Of a stretch of 59,250 bases of DNA, positions 43,616-52,112 are shown in pieces (position 1 is the first letter of the stretch; each line of letters opens with the position of its first letter). Source of the DNA: Kiritimatiellia bacterium (GTDB lineage: Bacteria > Verrucomicrobiota > Kiritimatiellia > RFP12 > UBA1067); contig JAZSLQ010000089.1 in the NCBI GenBank assembly GCA_045535455.1, forward strand, positions 1-59,250, given 5' to 3'. Position numbers and translations under genes: made by a program. The notes under the pieces are model-generated. The model was not told the origin of the DNA and ran no database searches. It saw nothing but the letters and a program-made list of their open reading frames with translations.

Positions 43616-45542
43616 GACGTATTCCGTAAAGATGCGCGCGTCGAGCGACGGGCATCATGTTTCCGGCGCGGAGAAGATCGTTTCCGTTGCATCGGTCTCG
43701 AAAGTTGCGTCACGGCTTGTCGAACGCGCATTGTCGCACGAGCGCGGCACGCCTGATTTCATCAACGTCAAGATTGAGTCGCTTCCAGCTGACATTCTTC
43801 GTCTCAAGGCGCTTCCCGTCAAGACGCATGTCGTCGCAACGCCCACTGAGGGCCGCGCTCTTGCCGCGCGGCTCTTGGCCGAAGCGGGAATTGTCAATGC
43901 CGATGAGATCATGGCGCGGTTTTCCGAGACGCATTCGCTTCGTGGCGCGATGCTGCTCGATGCCGACACACTCGAACGGCTTGAGCCAGACCAGTCGCGC
44001 GGCGTACGCGCGACATACATGGACGATGCCGCGTCGCTTGCAAAGGGAACGGCGGGCGTAAAGAACCACTACGCCGAGGCGATCGTCCTTGCGACAAAGG
44101 TTCAGAATGCGCCTAACATAATCGCCGAAATCTGCGTGTCGGACGATCCTGACTATGTGACTGGCTATGTCGCGACGCGTGAACTCGGCTATAGGCGAAT
44201 CACAGTTCTCAAAGAAAAGGGCGATCCAAACGGCGGACGCATCTTCCTCTATCGCGGCCCGCGCGACGGAGTCGCAAAGACGATTGAGTTTCTTGAAAAG
44301 ACCCCTGCCCTCGTCGATGACGTGCCGACGCTTTCGTCCGCGGCAGATGCGCCGCGCCGATTCGATGGTCTTGCGGATGCGCTCGACGCACGTCAGGCGG
44401 CCGGGCTTTCGCGCCGGTGTCGTACATTGGAGGGGCCGACAGGACCGACGGCTGTTGTCGACGGCCGCGAGCTCGTCGTATTTGCGTCGAACGACTATCT
44501 TGATCTCGCGCGCGACCCCCGCGTCATAAAGGCGGCGGCAGATGCCGCAAAGGAGTTTGGCGCAGGGTCGGGCGGTGCTCGTCTTACGACTGGCACGCAG
44601 CCCCCGCATGTGCGACTTGAAAACGCGCTTGCCAAGTTCAAGGGAACAGAGGCCGCGCTCCTTTACGGAACCGGCTACATGGCGAACGTGGGTGCGATCT
44701 CCGCGCTCGTCGGGGAGGGCGACGCAGTCCTCTCCGACGAATTGAACCACGCTTCTATCATAGACGGATGCCGACTTTCTGGTGCAGATGTGCTCGTCTA
44801 TCGTCACGGCGACATGGAGGACTTGGACCGAAAGCTTGGCGCCTGCCGCGAACATCGTCGTCGGCTCGCCGTCTCGGACGGCGTATTCTCGATGGACGGC
44901 GACGTTCTCGATTTGCCGCGCTTTTTGGAGGTGACGCGTCGCCACGATGCGTTCTCCATGGTGGACGAGGCGCATGCGACTGGCGTTGTTGGTCGCACGG
45001 GGCGCGGGCTTGCGGAGCATTTTGGCTGCGACCTTCCTGATGTCCTTATGGGAACGCTCTCCAAGGCACTTGGGTCGGAGGGCGGTTTCGTCTGCGGCTC
45101 ACGGCTTCTTGTGGAGTATCTTCGCAACATGTCGCGGCCCTTCATCTTCTCGACTGCGCCGGGTGCGCCCGCGATGGCGGCTGCGCTTGCCGCGCTCGAG
45201 GTTCTTGTGTCCGAGCCAGAGCGCGTGGCGAGGCTGCGTGAGAATGTCGCTTTCTTTGTCTCGGAACTCGTGCGCCACGGCATCTCCGTCCGTGGCGAGA
45301 CGGCCATCGTTCCTATTGTAGTAGGCGACGAGGAAAGGGCGCTTGCGGCGAGCGCGGCGCTTGAGGAACACGGCTTTCTCGTGCCTGCGATACGCTATCC
45401 TACGGTCGCCCGCGGCATGGCGCGTCTTCGCGTCGCCCTCATGAGCGTCCACACGCCCGAACAGCTCCGCGCCGCCGCCGCTTCTTTTGCCGATTGCCCG
45501 TCCTGCTTCGTGCGCGACAATATCGGCAAGCATTTCAATTGA
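43608..45542 (+). CDS. bioWF: Fused pimeloyl-CoA synthetase (BioW) / 8-amino-7-oxononanoate synthase (BioF)
   Basis: BioW N-half: 'YSVKMRAS', 'HVSGAE', 'ALSHERGTPDFI', 'SDDPDYVTGYVA' and 'GGRI'. BioF C-half: 'FASNDYL', 'DELNHASIIDG', 'DEAHATG' and 'GTLSKALG'. Single frame with no internal stop. Confidence 0.9.
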   Translation: MSETYSVKMRASSDGHHVSGAEKIVSVASVSKVASRLVERALSHERGTPDFINVKIESLPADILRLKALPVKTHVVATPTEGRALAARLLAEAGIVNADEIMARFSETHSLRGAMLLDADTLERLEPDQSRGVRATYMDDAASLAKGTAGVKNHYAEAIVLATKVQNAPNIIAEICVSDDPDYVTGYVATRELGYRRITVLKEKGDPNGGRIFLYRGPRDGVAKTIEFLEKTPALVDDVPTLSSAADAPRRFDGLADALDARQAAGLSRRCRTLEGPTGPTAVVDGRELVVFASNDYLDLARDPRVIKAAADAAKEFGAGSGGARLTTGTQPPHVRLENALAKFKGTEAALLYGTGYMANVGAISALVGEGDAVLSDELNHASIIDGCRLSGADVLVYRHGDMEDLDRKLGACREHRRRLAVSDGVFSMDGDVLDLPRFLEVTRRHDAFSMVDEAHATGVVGRTGRGLAEHFGCDLPDVLMGTLSKALGSEGGFVCGSRLLVEYLRNMSRPFIFSTAPGAPAMAAALAALEVLVSEPERVARLRENVAFFVSELVRHGISVRGETAIVPIVVGDEERALAASAALEEHGFLVPAIRYPTVARGMARLRVALMSVHTPEQLRAAAASFADCPSCFVRDNIGKHFN

Positions 45543-45638
45543 TTCTTATCGAGGGGCCGAATTGCTGCTGACGCTTCTGATATGATATAATATAGGCCAA
45601 AGTTGCCAAAATTGCTTATGGTCGCAGGAGAAATCGAC

Positions 45639-46085
45639 ATGGAATTCAACCAACTTCTCGCTGACTTTGCGAAACGCCACAACGTGGAGAACCTTGTAGC
45701 CGTTGACGGGGCCGCCGCGCTCGACATAGACGGAATCATCGTCACCATCGTCGCCAAGGGGGATCTGCTGAACTTCTCCACCGAGATCGGCGAGCCACCA
45801 GTCGATGGCGCGGCCGCTTTTGCTAATCTTCTGCTTGAGGCGAACACGCAGCCCGACGCGTTTTTCGCCAAGATCCCCGGCTCGGGTCCGTATGTCATCG
45901 TGCGGCGGATTCCGCTCTCCCAAGTTGACGACGATGTCTTTGACACCGCGTTGGAGGCGTTCGTCAACAATGCCGAGACCTGGCGCCGTCTCCTTGTCGA
46001 TTTCCGTCCGGCTGCAAAGGCCGCCGCCGAAAGCGCCGCTGCCGAAAGCCAGGCCCTGGGGTCCTACGGCTTCATGGCTGTATGA
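45639..46085 (+). CDS. CesT/Tir-like (T3SS-type) chaperone-family protein
   Basis: 148 aa, acidic; 'LLEAN' and a terminal amphipathic helix 'ALEAFVNNAETWRRLL'; AGGAG RBS; TGATATAAT at 45583-45591. Confidence 0.7.
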   Translation: MEFNQLLADFAKRHNVENLVAVDGAAALDIDGIIVTIVAKGDLLNFSTEIGEPPVDGAAAFANLLLEANTQPDAFFAKIPGSGPYVIVRRIPLSQVDDDVFDTALEAFVNNAETWRRLLVDFRPAAKAAAESAAAESQALGSYGFMAV

Positions 46086-46146
46086 CCTTTTGGTCGTAGT
46101 TCGTAGAAATTGTGAAAAACAAACAGACGTCGCAGGGGGACGAATC

Positions 46147-46629
46147 GTGAAAAGCATAGAAGACTACAAGGCGTTTCTGACGAAGGTCAGCGAGGAAACT
46201 GGAATAGCGGCATTCAAGCCGAACGAAGACGGTCTTGCCAGCATGCGCGTCGACGACGCGTACAACGTCAACCTCCAGTTTGTGACGGCGACTGGCAAGG
46301 TGCTGTGCTTCATCGAGGTTGCGGAGCTGCCGCCCGACGCGCCAAAGCAAGTGTACCGCGACCTTCTCGCAGGAGCTCTCTTCGGCAAGGACACGGCGGG
46401 CGGTTACTTTTCGCTCGAGCCCGAGACCGAGATTGTAGTGTACAACTACTTTTTTGACCTCGAAACTGCGGCGAGCGACATCGAGGAATTCATCCATACC
46501 ATCGAGAAGATTCTCCAGCTCTGCGACCTCTGGGCCGAGCGCATAAAGGAGAACATGTCGGCCGATGGCGGTGAAAAGACCTCCGATTCAAGCGGAACGC
46601 CAACGGGGCACACGATATTCAGGGCGTAA
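46147..46629 (+). CDS. CesT/Tir-like (T3SS-type) chaperone-family protein
   Basis: 160 aa, acidic; 'LLAGALFGKDTAGGYFSL' and 'IEKILQLCDLWAERI'; GTG start after an AGGGGG RBS. Confidence 0.72.
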   Translation: MKSIEDYKAFLTKVSEETGIAAFKPNEDGLASMRVDDAYNVNLQFVTATGKVLCFIEVAELPPDAPKQVYRDLLAGALFGKDTAGGYFSLEPETEIVVYNYFFDLETAASDIEEFIHTIEKILQLCDLWAERIKENMSADGGEKTSDSSGTPTGHTIFRA

Positions 46630-46695
46630 TGGCTTGTAATCTTTTCGACCTTTGCGTATGGCAATGCTCAGCTGAAGTATGATATAATACATAAC

Positions 46696-46818
46696 ATGAA
46701 AATTAGACACGGAAACTTGGCAGATGTGGGGCGGACGCTGTTCAGGCCGTTCGCATTCGTAGGCGTGCTGGTGCCGAAGAAGCGCCAGGCCGAAGTAAAA
46801 GAGGGGGGTGCAGAATGA
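46696..46818 (+). CDS. Putative leaderless small ORF (40 aa), absent from the ORF track
   Basis: ATG 7 nt after TGATATAAT (46680-46688); MKIRHGNLADVGRTLFRPFAFVGVLVPKKRQAEVKEGGAE*; its stop overlaps the next ATG. Confidence 0.4.
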   Translation: MKIRHGNLADVGRTLFRPFAFVGVLVPKKRQAEVKEGGAE

Positions 46819-47221
46819 GAAAGTTCATCTACGCGGCGGCGGCACTTGCGCTTGCCGGGTGCAGTTCCTACAGCGAAATCGCGCGGTGGAATTCCGATGT
46901 CCTGACGAACGACGGTGAGAGGCCGGTGGCTTCGTTCGTCACCCAGAACTTCTCCTACCAGCTCTTGGGCGTGATCCCTCTCTGCACCGGGCTGCCCTGG
47001 ACTGAGGGCGACGAGGACGTCATGGACGACTTCAACGTGCGTTTTTTGCGGATGAGGCGACGATTGACGGCAACTTGGTTTCGCTTAGGCACGCGCTCGA
47101 GCGTGTCGGCGGGTCTCATCGCATCTCGCAATTGCACACGAAGATCGACGACGATTCTTTCTGGAGTCTGTTTGTAATAAACCGCCACGAAGTGCGCACG
47201 CAGTGCCTGATACCGCAGTAG
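46815..47221 (+). pseudogene. Lipoprotein with a 1-nt frameshift in a T6 tract
   Basis: Lipobox 'LALAGC'. After gtttttt (47041-47047) an alternative frame gives the protein-like FADEATIDGNL...QCLIPQ*, ending at TAG 47219-47221; span is 407 nt, one short of 136 codons. Confidence 0.6.
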
Positions 47222-47235
47222 CATGGAGCAAGTAG

Positions 47236-47529
47236 ATGAAGATAGACAAGAAACTCGATGACGGAAACCTCACCATAAAGGTGGAGGGGCGGCTTGACAC
47301 CAACACCTCGCCAGCGCTTGAGGACGAGATGGATCTCGATGGCGTGAGCAAGCTCGTATTCGATTTTTCCGGGCTTGAGTACATCTCGTCTGCGGGGCTT
47401 CGCATACTGATCGCCGCCCAGAAGGCAATGTCTGCCAATGGCGGGTCGTTGGAGATCGTCGGGCCGAACGAAGCGGTTCGCAGCGTGTTCGAGATCACGG
47501 GATGCTCCGAGATTTTCACCATTTCCTGA
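47236..47529 (+). CDS. STAS-domain anti-sigma factor antagonist (SpoIIAA/RsbV-like)
   Basis: 'VEGRLDTNTSP', 'FDFSGLEYISSAGLR' (phospho-Ser) and 'VFEITG'. Confidence 0.93.
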   Translation: MKIDKKLDDGNLTIKVEGRLDTNTSPALEDEMDLDGVSKLVFDFSGLEYISSAGLRILIAAQKAMSANGGSLEIVGPNEAVRSVFEITGCSEIFTIS

Positions 47530-48236
47530 CGGCGGCCTCAATGGCCGCTGCACTCGTCGCCTTTGTTGCCGGTTGCGACGATGGCGATTCCGGCGACAAC
47601 ATTCGCCGTGACGGCGACACCATAGTAGTGCTTACCCCTGCCGACATGGCGCCGTATTCCTACTATGACGAGGCAGCCAAGGAGTTCAAGGGAATAGAGA
47701 TCGACTTTGTGCGCACGGCGGCGAAAAAGCTCGGGCGAAAGGTCGAGGTGCGGCGCTGTCCGTTCGACGAGCTTCTCGGGCGGGTGAAGTCGGGCGAGGC
47801 CGATGTCGCCGTGTCCGTGATAACCATTACCGATGCGCGGAAGGAAGATGTCGATTTTTCGGATCCCTACGAGACGGGCGGTGCCTCGTTCCTCTACCGT
47901 GTCGGCGATCCGATGCCGACGATGATTCGCGCCGAGACGCTCCGCGTGGCGGCGGTTGAGTCCATGACGCACGACTTCTATCTTTCGGTGCACGGAATAG
48001 ACCCGATCCGCTTCGAGGTGTACCAAGATGCGGTAGAGGCGTTGAATAAAGGGCTTGTGGATACAGTCTTCTTCGACGACGGGGTGGTGCGCCATACCGC
48101 CGAGACTTCCGGCGGCAAGCTTGCCGCCTCGCGTCGTGAGACGCGTGAGCATTTCGCCTTGGCGATACGCAAGGGAATGCCCGAGCTAATGGCCGCGATA
48201 AACGCGGCAATTGCCGAAAGGAAGCCCGCGAAATGA
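47502..48236 (+). CDS. Extracytoplasmic amino-acid-type substrate-binding lipoprotein (family 3)
   Basis: Lipobox 'VAGC'; 'PYSY', 'GIEIDF', 'ITITDARKEDVDFSDPY' and 'LAIRKG'. Confidence 0.85.
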   Translation: MLRDFHHFLTAASMAAALVAFVAGCDDGDSGDNIRRDGDTIVVLTPADMAPYSYYDEAAKEFKGIEIDFVRTAAKKLGRKVEVRRCPFDELLGRVKSGEADVAVSVITITDARKEDVDFSDPYETGGASFLYRVGDPMPTMIRAETLRVAAVESMTHDFYLSVHGIDPIRFEVYQDAVEALNKGLVDTVFFDDGVVRHTAETSGGKLAASRRETREHFALAIRKGMPELMAAINAAIAERKPAK

Positions 48237-50320
48237 CTAGGCAGCAGAAATTCCTCGTCATTCGGCTTTTTGCGGCCGTCGTGACGGCGTTTGTCGCGTC
48301 GATGGCGCTTAACTGGATTATACACGGCCATGTCGCCAACCGCGAACGGCGGAGACTTTTTGAAAAAGTGTTCTACGACGTCGGCTCCGACATTCGCTGG
48401 CGCGTGGATATTCGGATGATCCGCCAGGCGATGCTTGCGCGCGACCACTACTACGAAATGCGCGAAGAGCCGTGGTGGAACGATCCCGACGAGTCGAGCC
48501 GCCGCCTGCGCGCCTTGGCGGGCGAGCTGGGCGTTGACGAGATTTGCGTGGCCGACGCCGAAGGCAACCTCACCCACAGTGCACGGCGCGAAGAAGTCGG
48601 GGCGCTTAACTTCCGCACGGACAAGGGCCAGGCGCACGAGTTCGTCGTGCTTCTCGACAGCGAGACGGAATTTGCCCAGTCTCTTATGCCGAATTCGCTG
48701 CGCGGCGAGATGATCAAGTATGTCGGCGTCTGGCTGCCGGACGGCGGCTTCATACAGGTTGGGGCGAGCGAGAAGAGCGTGCGTAACCTCGCTCGCACCT
48801 CGGTCACCGGCATTACGAACGACTGGCATGTTAGTGGCGAAGACGGCGGCATATACATTACGACCGGCAGCGGCACTATAATCTCACATCCCAACGAAGG
48901 CGGCGAAGGGGGAGTCTGGACCGAGCCGTCGGATGACTTCTACTGGGAGAAGCGAATGATCGAGGGTTTCCCGGTCTACATCGTCTTCCCACGTCATACG
49001 TCCGTCGTGGAGCGCAGGCTTCTAGTTACCACTTCTGCCATTATCAACTGCATCGCCCTCGTGTTTGCCTCAGTGCTTGCGGGAATAGTCTTCGCGGGCT
49101 TTGCAAAGGAACGCATGCGCGAGCGCGTGGCCAAGGACATGGCGATGGCGGCCAGCATCCAGGAAAACGCGATTCCACAGGTGTTCCCTCCGTTTGCCGA
49201 CGAGCGTAGGATGGACATCTTCGCCACGATGCATACCGCCCGCGACGTGGGTGGCGACTTCTACGACTTCTTCTTCACGTCTCCTTCAAAAGTCGCGTTC
49301 CTCGTGGCGGACGTCAGCGGGAAGGGCGTGCCGGCGGCGCTTTTCATGATGCGCGCCAAGGCCACCATAAAGGGAGAAACCCGGTCCGGCCTTCCGCTCA
49401 ACGAAGTCATGGCCCACGTGAACGACGCGCTCAGCAGGGACAACGACGCCAACATGTTCGTGACGGCGTGGATGGGCGTCATCGACCTTGAGACTGGCGA
49501 GGTGACGTTCGTAAACGCAGGCCACAACCCTCCAATCCTCATCGAAGGTGCTGGCGACGACGAGCGCAAGTTCCTGCGCGAGCGGTCTGGAATGGTGCTC
49601 GGCGCAATGCCGGGGCTCAAGTACCGCATGCATACCGTGCGCCTCTCGCCGGGAGCCATGATCTACCTCTATACCGACGGCATAACCGAACAGCCGGACG
49701 GCAAGGGCGAGCTCTTCGGCGAGGATCGGCTGCTGTTCTCGGTTGGAACGATGCTCTCTGCGGGAGTCAATGCCATTGACGGGTCGAAGTCGCCTCTTCT
49801 CGCGGCAATCTTCGACGCGGTTATTTCCCATGGCGCAGACGTAGAGCAGGCCGACGACTGCACGCAGCTGGTCATACGCTACAACGGCGCCGGTGAAAAG
49901 CGCCGGTTCACGGTCGCGCAGTCCGGCATAGCCGAGGCGTCCACATGGCTCGACGAGTGGCTGGACAAGGCGGGCGTCGTCTCCCTGTCGGCCACGCTCC
50001 ACGTGATCCTCGACGAGATATGCTCGAACATCGTGAAGCATTCCAACGCCTCGTTTTTCGAGCTTGGCCTCTCGCGACTCGTCGGCTCTTCTGGCGTCAG
50101 GATGGAATTTGTCGATGACGGCGTGCCGTACGACCCGCTTACGCACGTCGATCCAGACACGACGCTTCCTGTCGAAGGGCGCCCCATAGGGGGGCTCGGC
50201 ATCCTGATGGTAAAGAGGATGGCGTCTTCCATCTCCTACCAACGCGTCGCGGACCGCAACTGCCTCGTCATAGAGCGGGCCTGCAAGACGCAAGGCGACT
50301 GCTCCGGCAGCAAGGGGTGA
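48233..50320 (+). CDS. Membrane sensor - SpoIIE/PP2C phosphatase - HATPase (RsbW-like) fusion
   Basis: Two TM segments; PP2C motifs 'VGGDFYD', 'ADVSGKG', 'YTDGITE' and 'QADDCT'; HATPase motifs 'DEICSNIVKH', 'DDGVPYDP' and 'GGLGI'. Confidence 0.9.
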   Translation: MTRQQKFLVIRLFAAVVTAFVASMALNWIIHGHVANRERRRLFEKVFYDVGSDIRWRVDIRMIRQAMLARDHYYEMREEPWWNDPDESSRRLRALAGELGVDEICVADAEGNLTHSARREEVGALNFRTDKGQAHEFVVLLDSETEFAQSLMPNSLRGEMIKYVGVWLPDGGFIQVGASEKSVRNLARTSVTGITNDWHVSGEDGGIYITTGSGTIISHPNEGGEGGVWTEPSDDFYWEKRMIEGFPVYIVFPRHTSVVERRLLVTTSAIINCIALVFASVLAGIVFAGFAKERMRERVAKDMAMAASIQENAIPQVFPPFADERRMDIFATMHTARDVGGDFYDFFFTSPSKVAFLVADVSGKGVPAALFMMRAKATIKGETRSGLPLNEVMAHVNDALSRDNDANMFVTAWMGVIDLETGEVTFVNAGHNPPILIEGAGDDERKFLRERSGMVLGAMPGLKYRMHTVRLSPGAMIYLYTDGITEQPDGKGELFGEDRLLFSVGTMLSAGVNAIDGSKSPLLAAIFDAVISHGADVEQADDCTQLVIRYNGAGEKRRFTVAQSGIAEASTWLDEWLDKAGVVSLSATLHVILDEICSNIVKHSNASFFELGLSRLVGSSGVRMEFVDDGVPYDPLTHVDPDTTLPVEGRPIGGLGILMVKRMASSISYQRVADRNCLVIERACKTQGDCSGSKG

Positions 50321-50324
50321 CCAC

Positions 50325-51194
50325 ATGCAGACTGAACTCTGGTATACCGACGAGCACACGAAAGACGTCAGGTTCTCGATGAAGACGATCGAGCAGATCG
50401 CCTCGAAGCGGAGCGCCGTCCAGCAGATAGACATTCTCGACACTCCCGCCTACGGGCGCGTGCTCGTCCTCGACGGCGGCCTCATGATTACCGAGAAGGA
50501 CGAGTTCATCTACCACGAAATGCTCGCCCACGTGCCGATGGCCGTCCATCCCAGGGTGCGGAACGTCCTCGTGATAGGCGGCGGCGACGGCGGCACGGTG
50601 CGCGAGCTCACGAAGTATCGCTCCATCGAGTCCATAGACCTCGTCGAAGTTGACAAGGACGTGGTGCTTCTCTCCAAGAGGTTCCTTCCCTTCGTCTCGT
50701 CGAAGCTGAAGGACAAGCGCGTCTCGGTCTGGTTCGAAGAAGGGCTCAGGTATGTCCGCGGCAAGAAGGACGAATACGACCTCGTCATCGTCGACTCGTC
50801 CGACCCCTACGGCCCCGCCGAGGGGCTCTTCACGCGCGAGTTCTACGGCACTTGCTTCAAGGCGCTGCGCGAGGACGGAATCCTAATCAATCAGCACGAG
50901 TCGCCATTCTACGCCGCGCACCAGAAGTCGGTGCGCGACGCCCATCGCCATATCGCGATGGAGTTTCCCGTCTCGACCGTTTACCAGGCGCATATCCCGA
51001 GTTATCCTTCCGGGCACTGGCTCTTCGGCTTTGCGTCGAAGAAGTACCACCCAATCGGCAATCTCGACGAGGCGCGGTGGAACAAGCTGCGCATACCGAC
51101 GCGCTACTACAACACCGCACTTCATCGGGGCGCGTTCGCGCTGCCAAACTACGTTCTCGACATACTGAAGGACGAGGAGCCGCATCGCGGGTAG
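50325..51194 (+). CDS. speE: Polyamine aminopropyltransferase (spermidine synthase)
   Basis: 'LVLDG', 'DEFIYHEM', 'VLVIGGGDGG' and 'IVDSSDP' motifs. Confidence 0.95.
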   Translation: MQTELWYTDEHTKDVRFSMKTIEQIASKRSAVQQIDILDTPAYGRVLVLDGGLMITEKDEFIYHEMLAHVPMAVHPRVRNVLVIGGGDGGTVRELTKYRSIESIDLVEVDKDVVLLSKRFLPFVSSKLKDKRVSVWFEEGLRYVRGKKDEYDLVIVDSSDPYGPAEGLFTREFYGTCFKALREDGILINQHESPFYAAHQKSVRDAHRHIAMEFPVSTVYQAHIPSYPSGHWLFGFASKKYHPIGNLDEARWNKLRIPTRYYNTALHRGAFALPNYVLDILKDEEPHRG

Positions 51195-51207
51195 CAATGA
51201 GGAAACA

Positions 51208-52065
51208 ATGGAACCGCAGCTAAACCAGTTCATCGGGTGCGACAAGCCGTTTGACGACGCGAAGGTCGTCCTGTTCGGTGCGCCGTACGACTCCACGACA
51301 AGTTTCCGCCCGGGCACGCGCTTCGGGCCCGCCGCGATGCGCACGGAGTCATTTGGCATCGAGACTTATTCGATGTTCCAGGACCGCGACCTCGCCGAAG
51401 ACGCGGCCGTTTTCGACTCAGGAGACCTCGAACTTCCTTTTGGCGCACCGGACCGCGCGCTCGACATGATCGAAGCGCGCGCCTCGGAGATACTTGACGC
51501 CGGGAAGATTCCGTTTCTGCTTGGTGGCGAGCATCTCGTCACCCTCGGGAGCGTCCGCGCCATCGCGAAGAGGCGTCCCGACTTGCACATCGTCCATTTC
51601 GACGCGCACGCAGATCTCCGCGAGGACTATCTTGGCGTAAAGCTTTCGCATGCTTGCGTCCTTCGCCGCTGCCACGACATCCTTGGCGACGGGCGCATAT
51701 TCCAGTTCGGCATCCGCTCGGGGACTCGCGACGAGCGCCGGTTCATGTTGGACGGACACGTGACGACCGAGCTTTTCTCCGACACCACTCTCCCGGAGGT
51801 CATCAATAAGATCGGCTCCGACGCGCCGGTCTACCTTACGGTTGACCTTGATGTGATGGATCCTTCCGAGTTTCCCGGCACTGGAACGCAGGAGGCGGGC
51901 GGGCTTGCGTTCAGCCGGCTCCTCGGCGACTTGTGCCGGATTTGCAAGGACCTTAACGTAGTCGCTCTCGACAACGTGGAGCTTTCTCCCTCGCTCGATC
52001 AGACAGGTCGCTCGACGGCCCTCGCCTGCAAGCTTCTTCGCGAAGAGCTTCTGGCCCTGCGATAA
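51208..52065 (+). CDS. speB: Agmatinase
   Basis: 'TSFRPGTRFGP', 'GGEH', 'DAHAD' and 'DLDVMDP' motifs. Confidence 0.95.
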   Translation: MEPQLNQFIGCDKPFDDAKVVLFGAPYDSTTSFRPGTRFGPAAMRTESFGIETYSMFQDRDLAEDAAVFDSGDLELPFGAPDRALDMIEARASEILDAGKIPFLLGGEHLVTLGSVRAIAKRRPDLHIVHFDAHADLREDYLGVKLSHACVLRRCHDILGDGRIFQFGIRSGTRDERRFMLDGHVTTELFSDTTLPEVINKIGSDAPVYLTVDLDVMDPSEFPGTGTQEAGGLAFSRLLGDLCRICKDLNVVALDNVELSPSLDQTGRSTALACKLLREELLALR

Positions 52066-52071
52066 CCCTAC

Positions 52072-52100
52072 TTGCCATAAGCGGCCGATTGCGGTATAAT
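52072..52100 (+). promoter_or_regulatory. Promoter of the pilB-pilT-pilB operon
   Basis: TTGCCA (52072-52077), 17 nt, TATAAT (52095-52100). Confidence 0.7.
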
Positions 52101-52112
52101 GTTCGCCAACAG

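Noticed and set aside
50325-52065. speE-speB as a novel pathway
   Set aside because: A common polyamine gene pair with canonical motifs.
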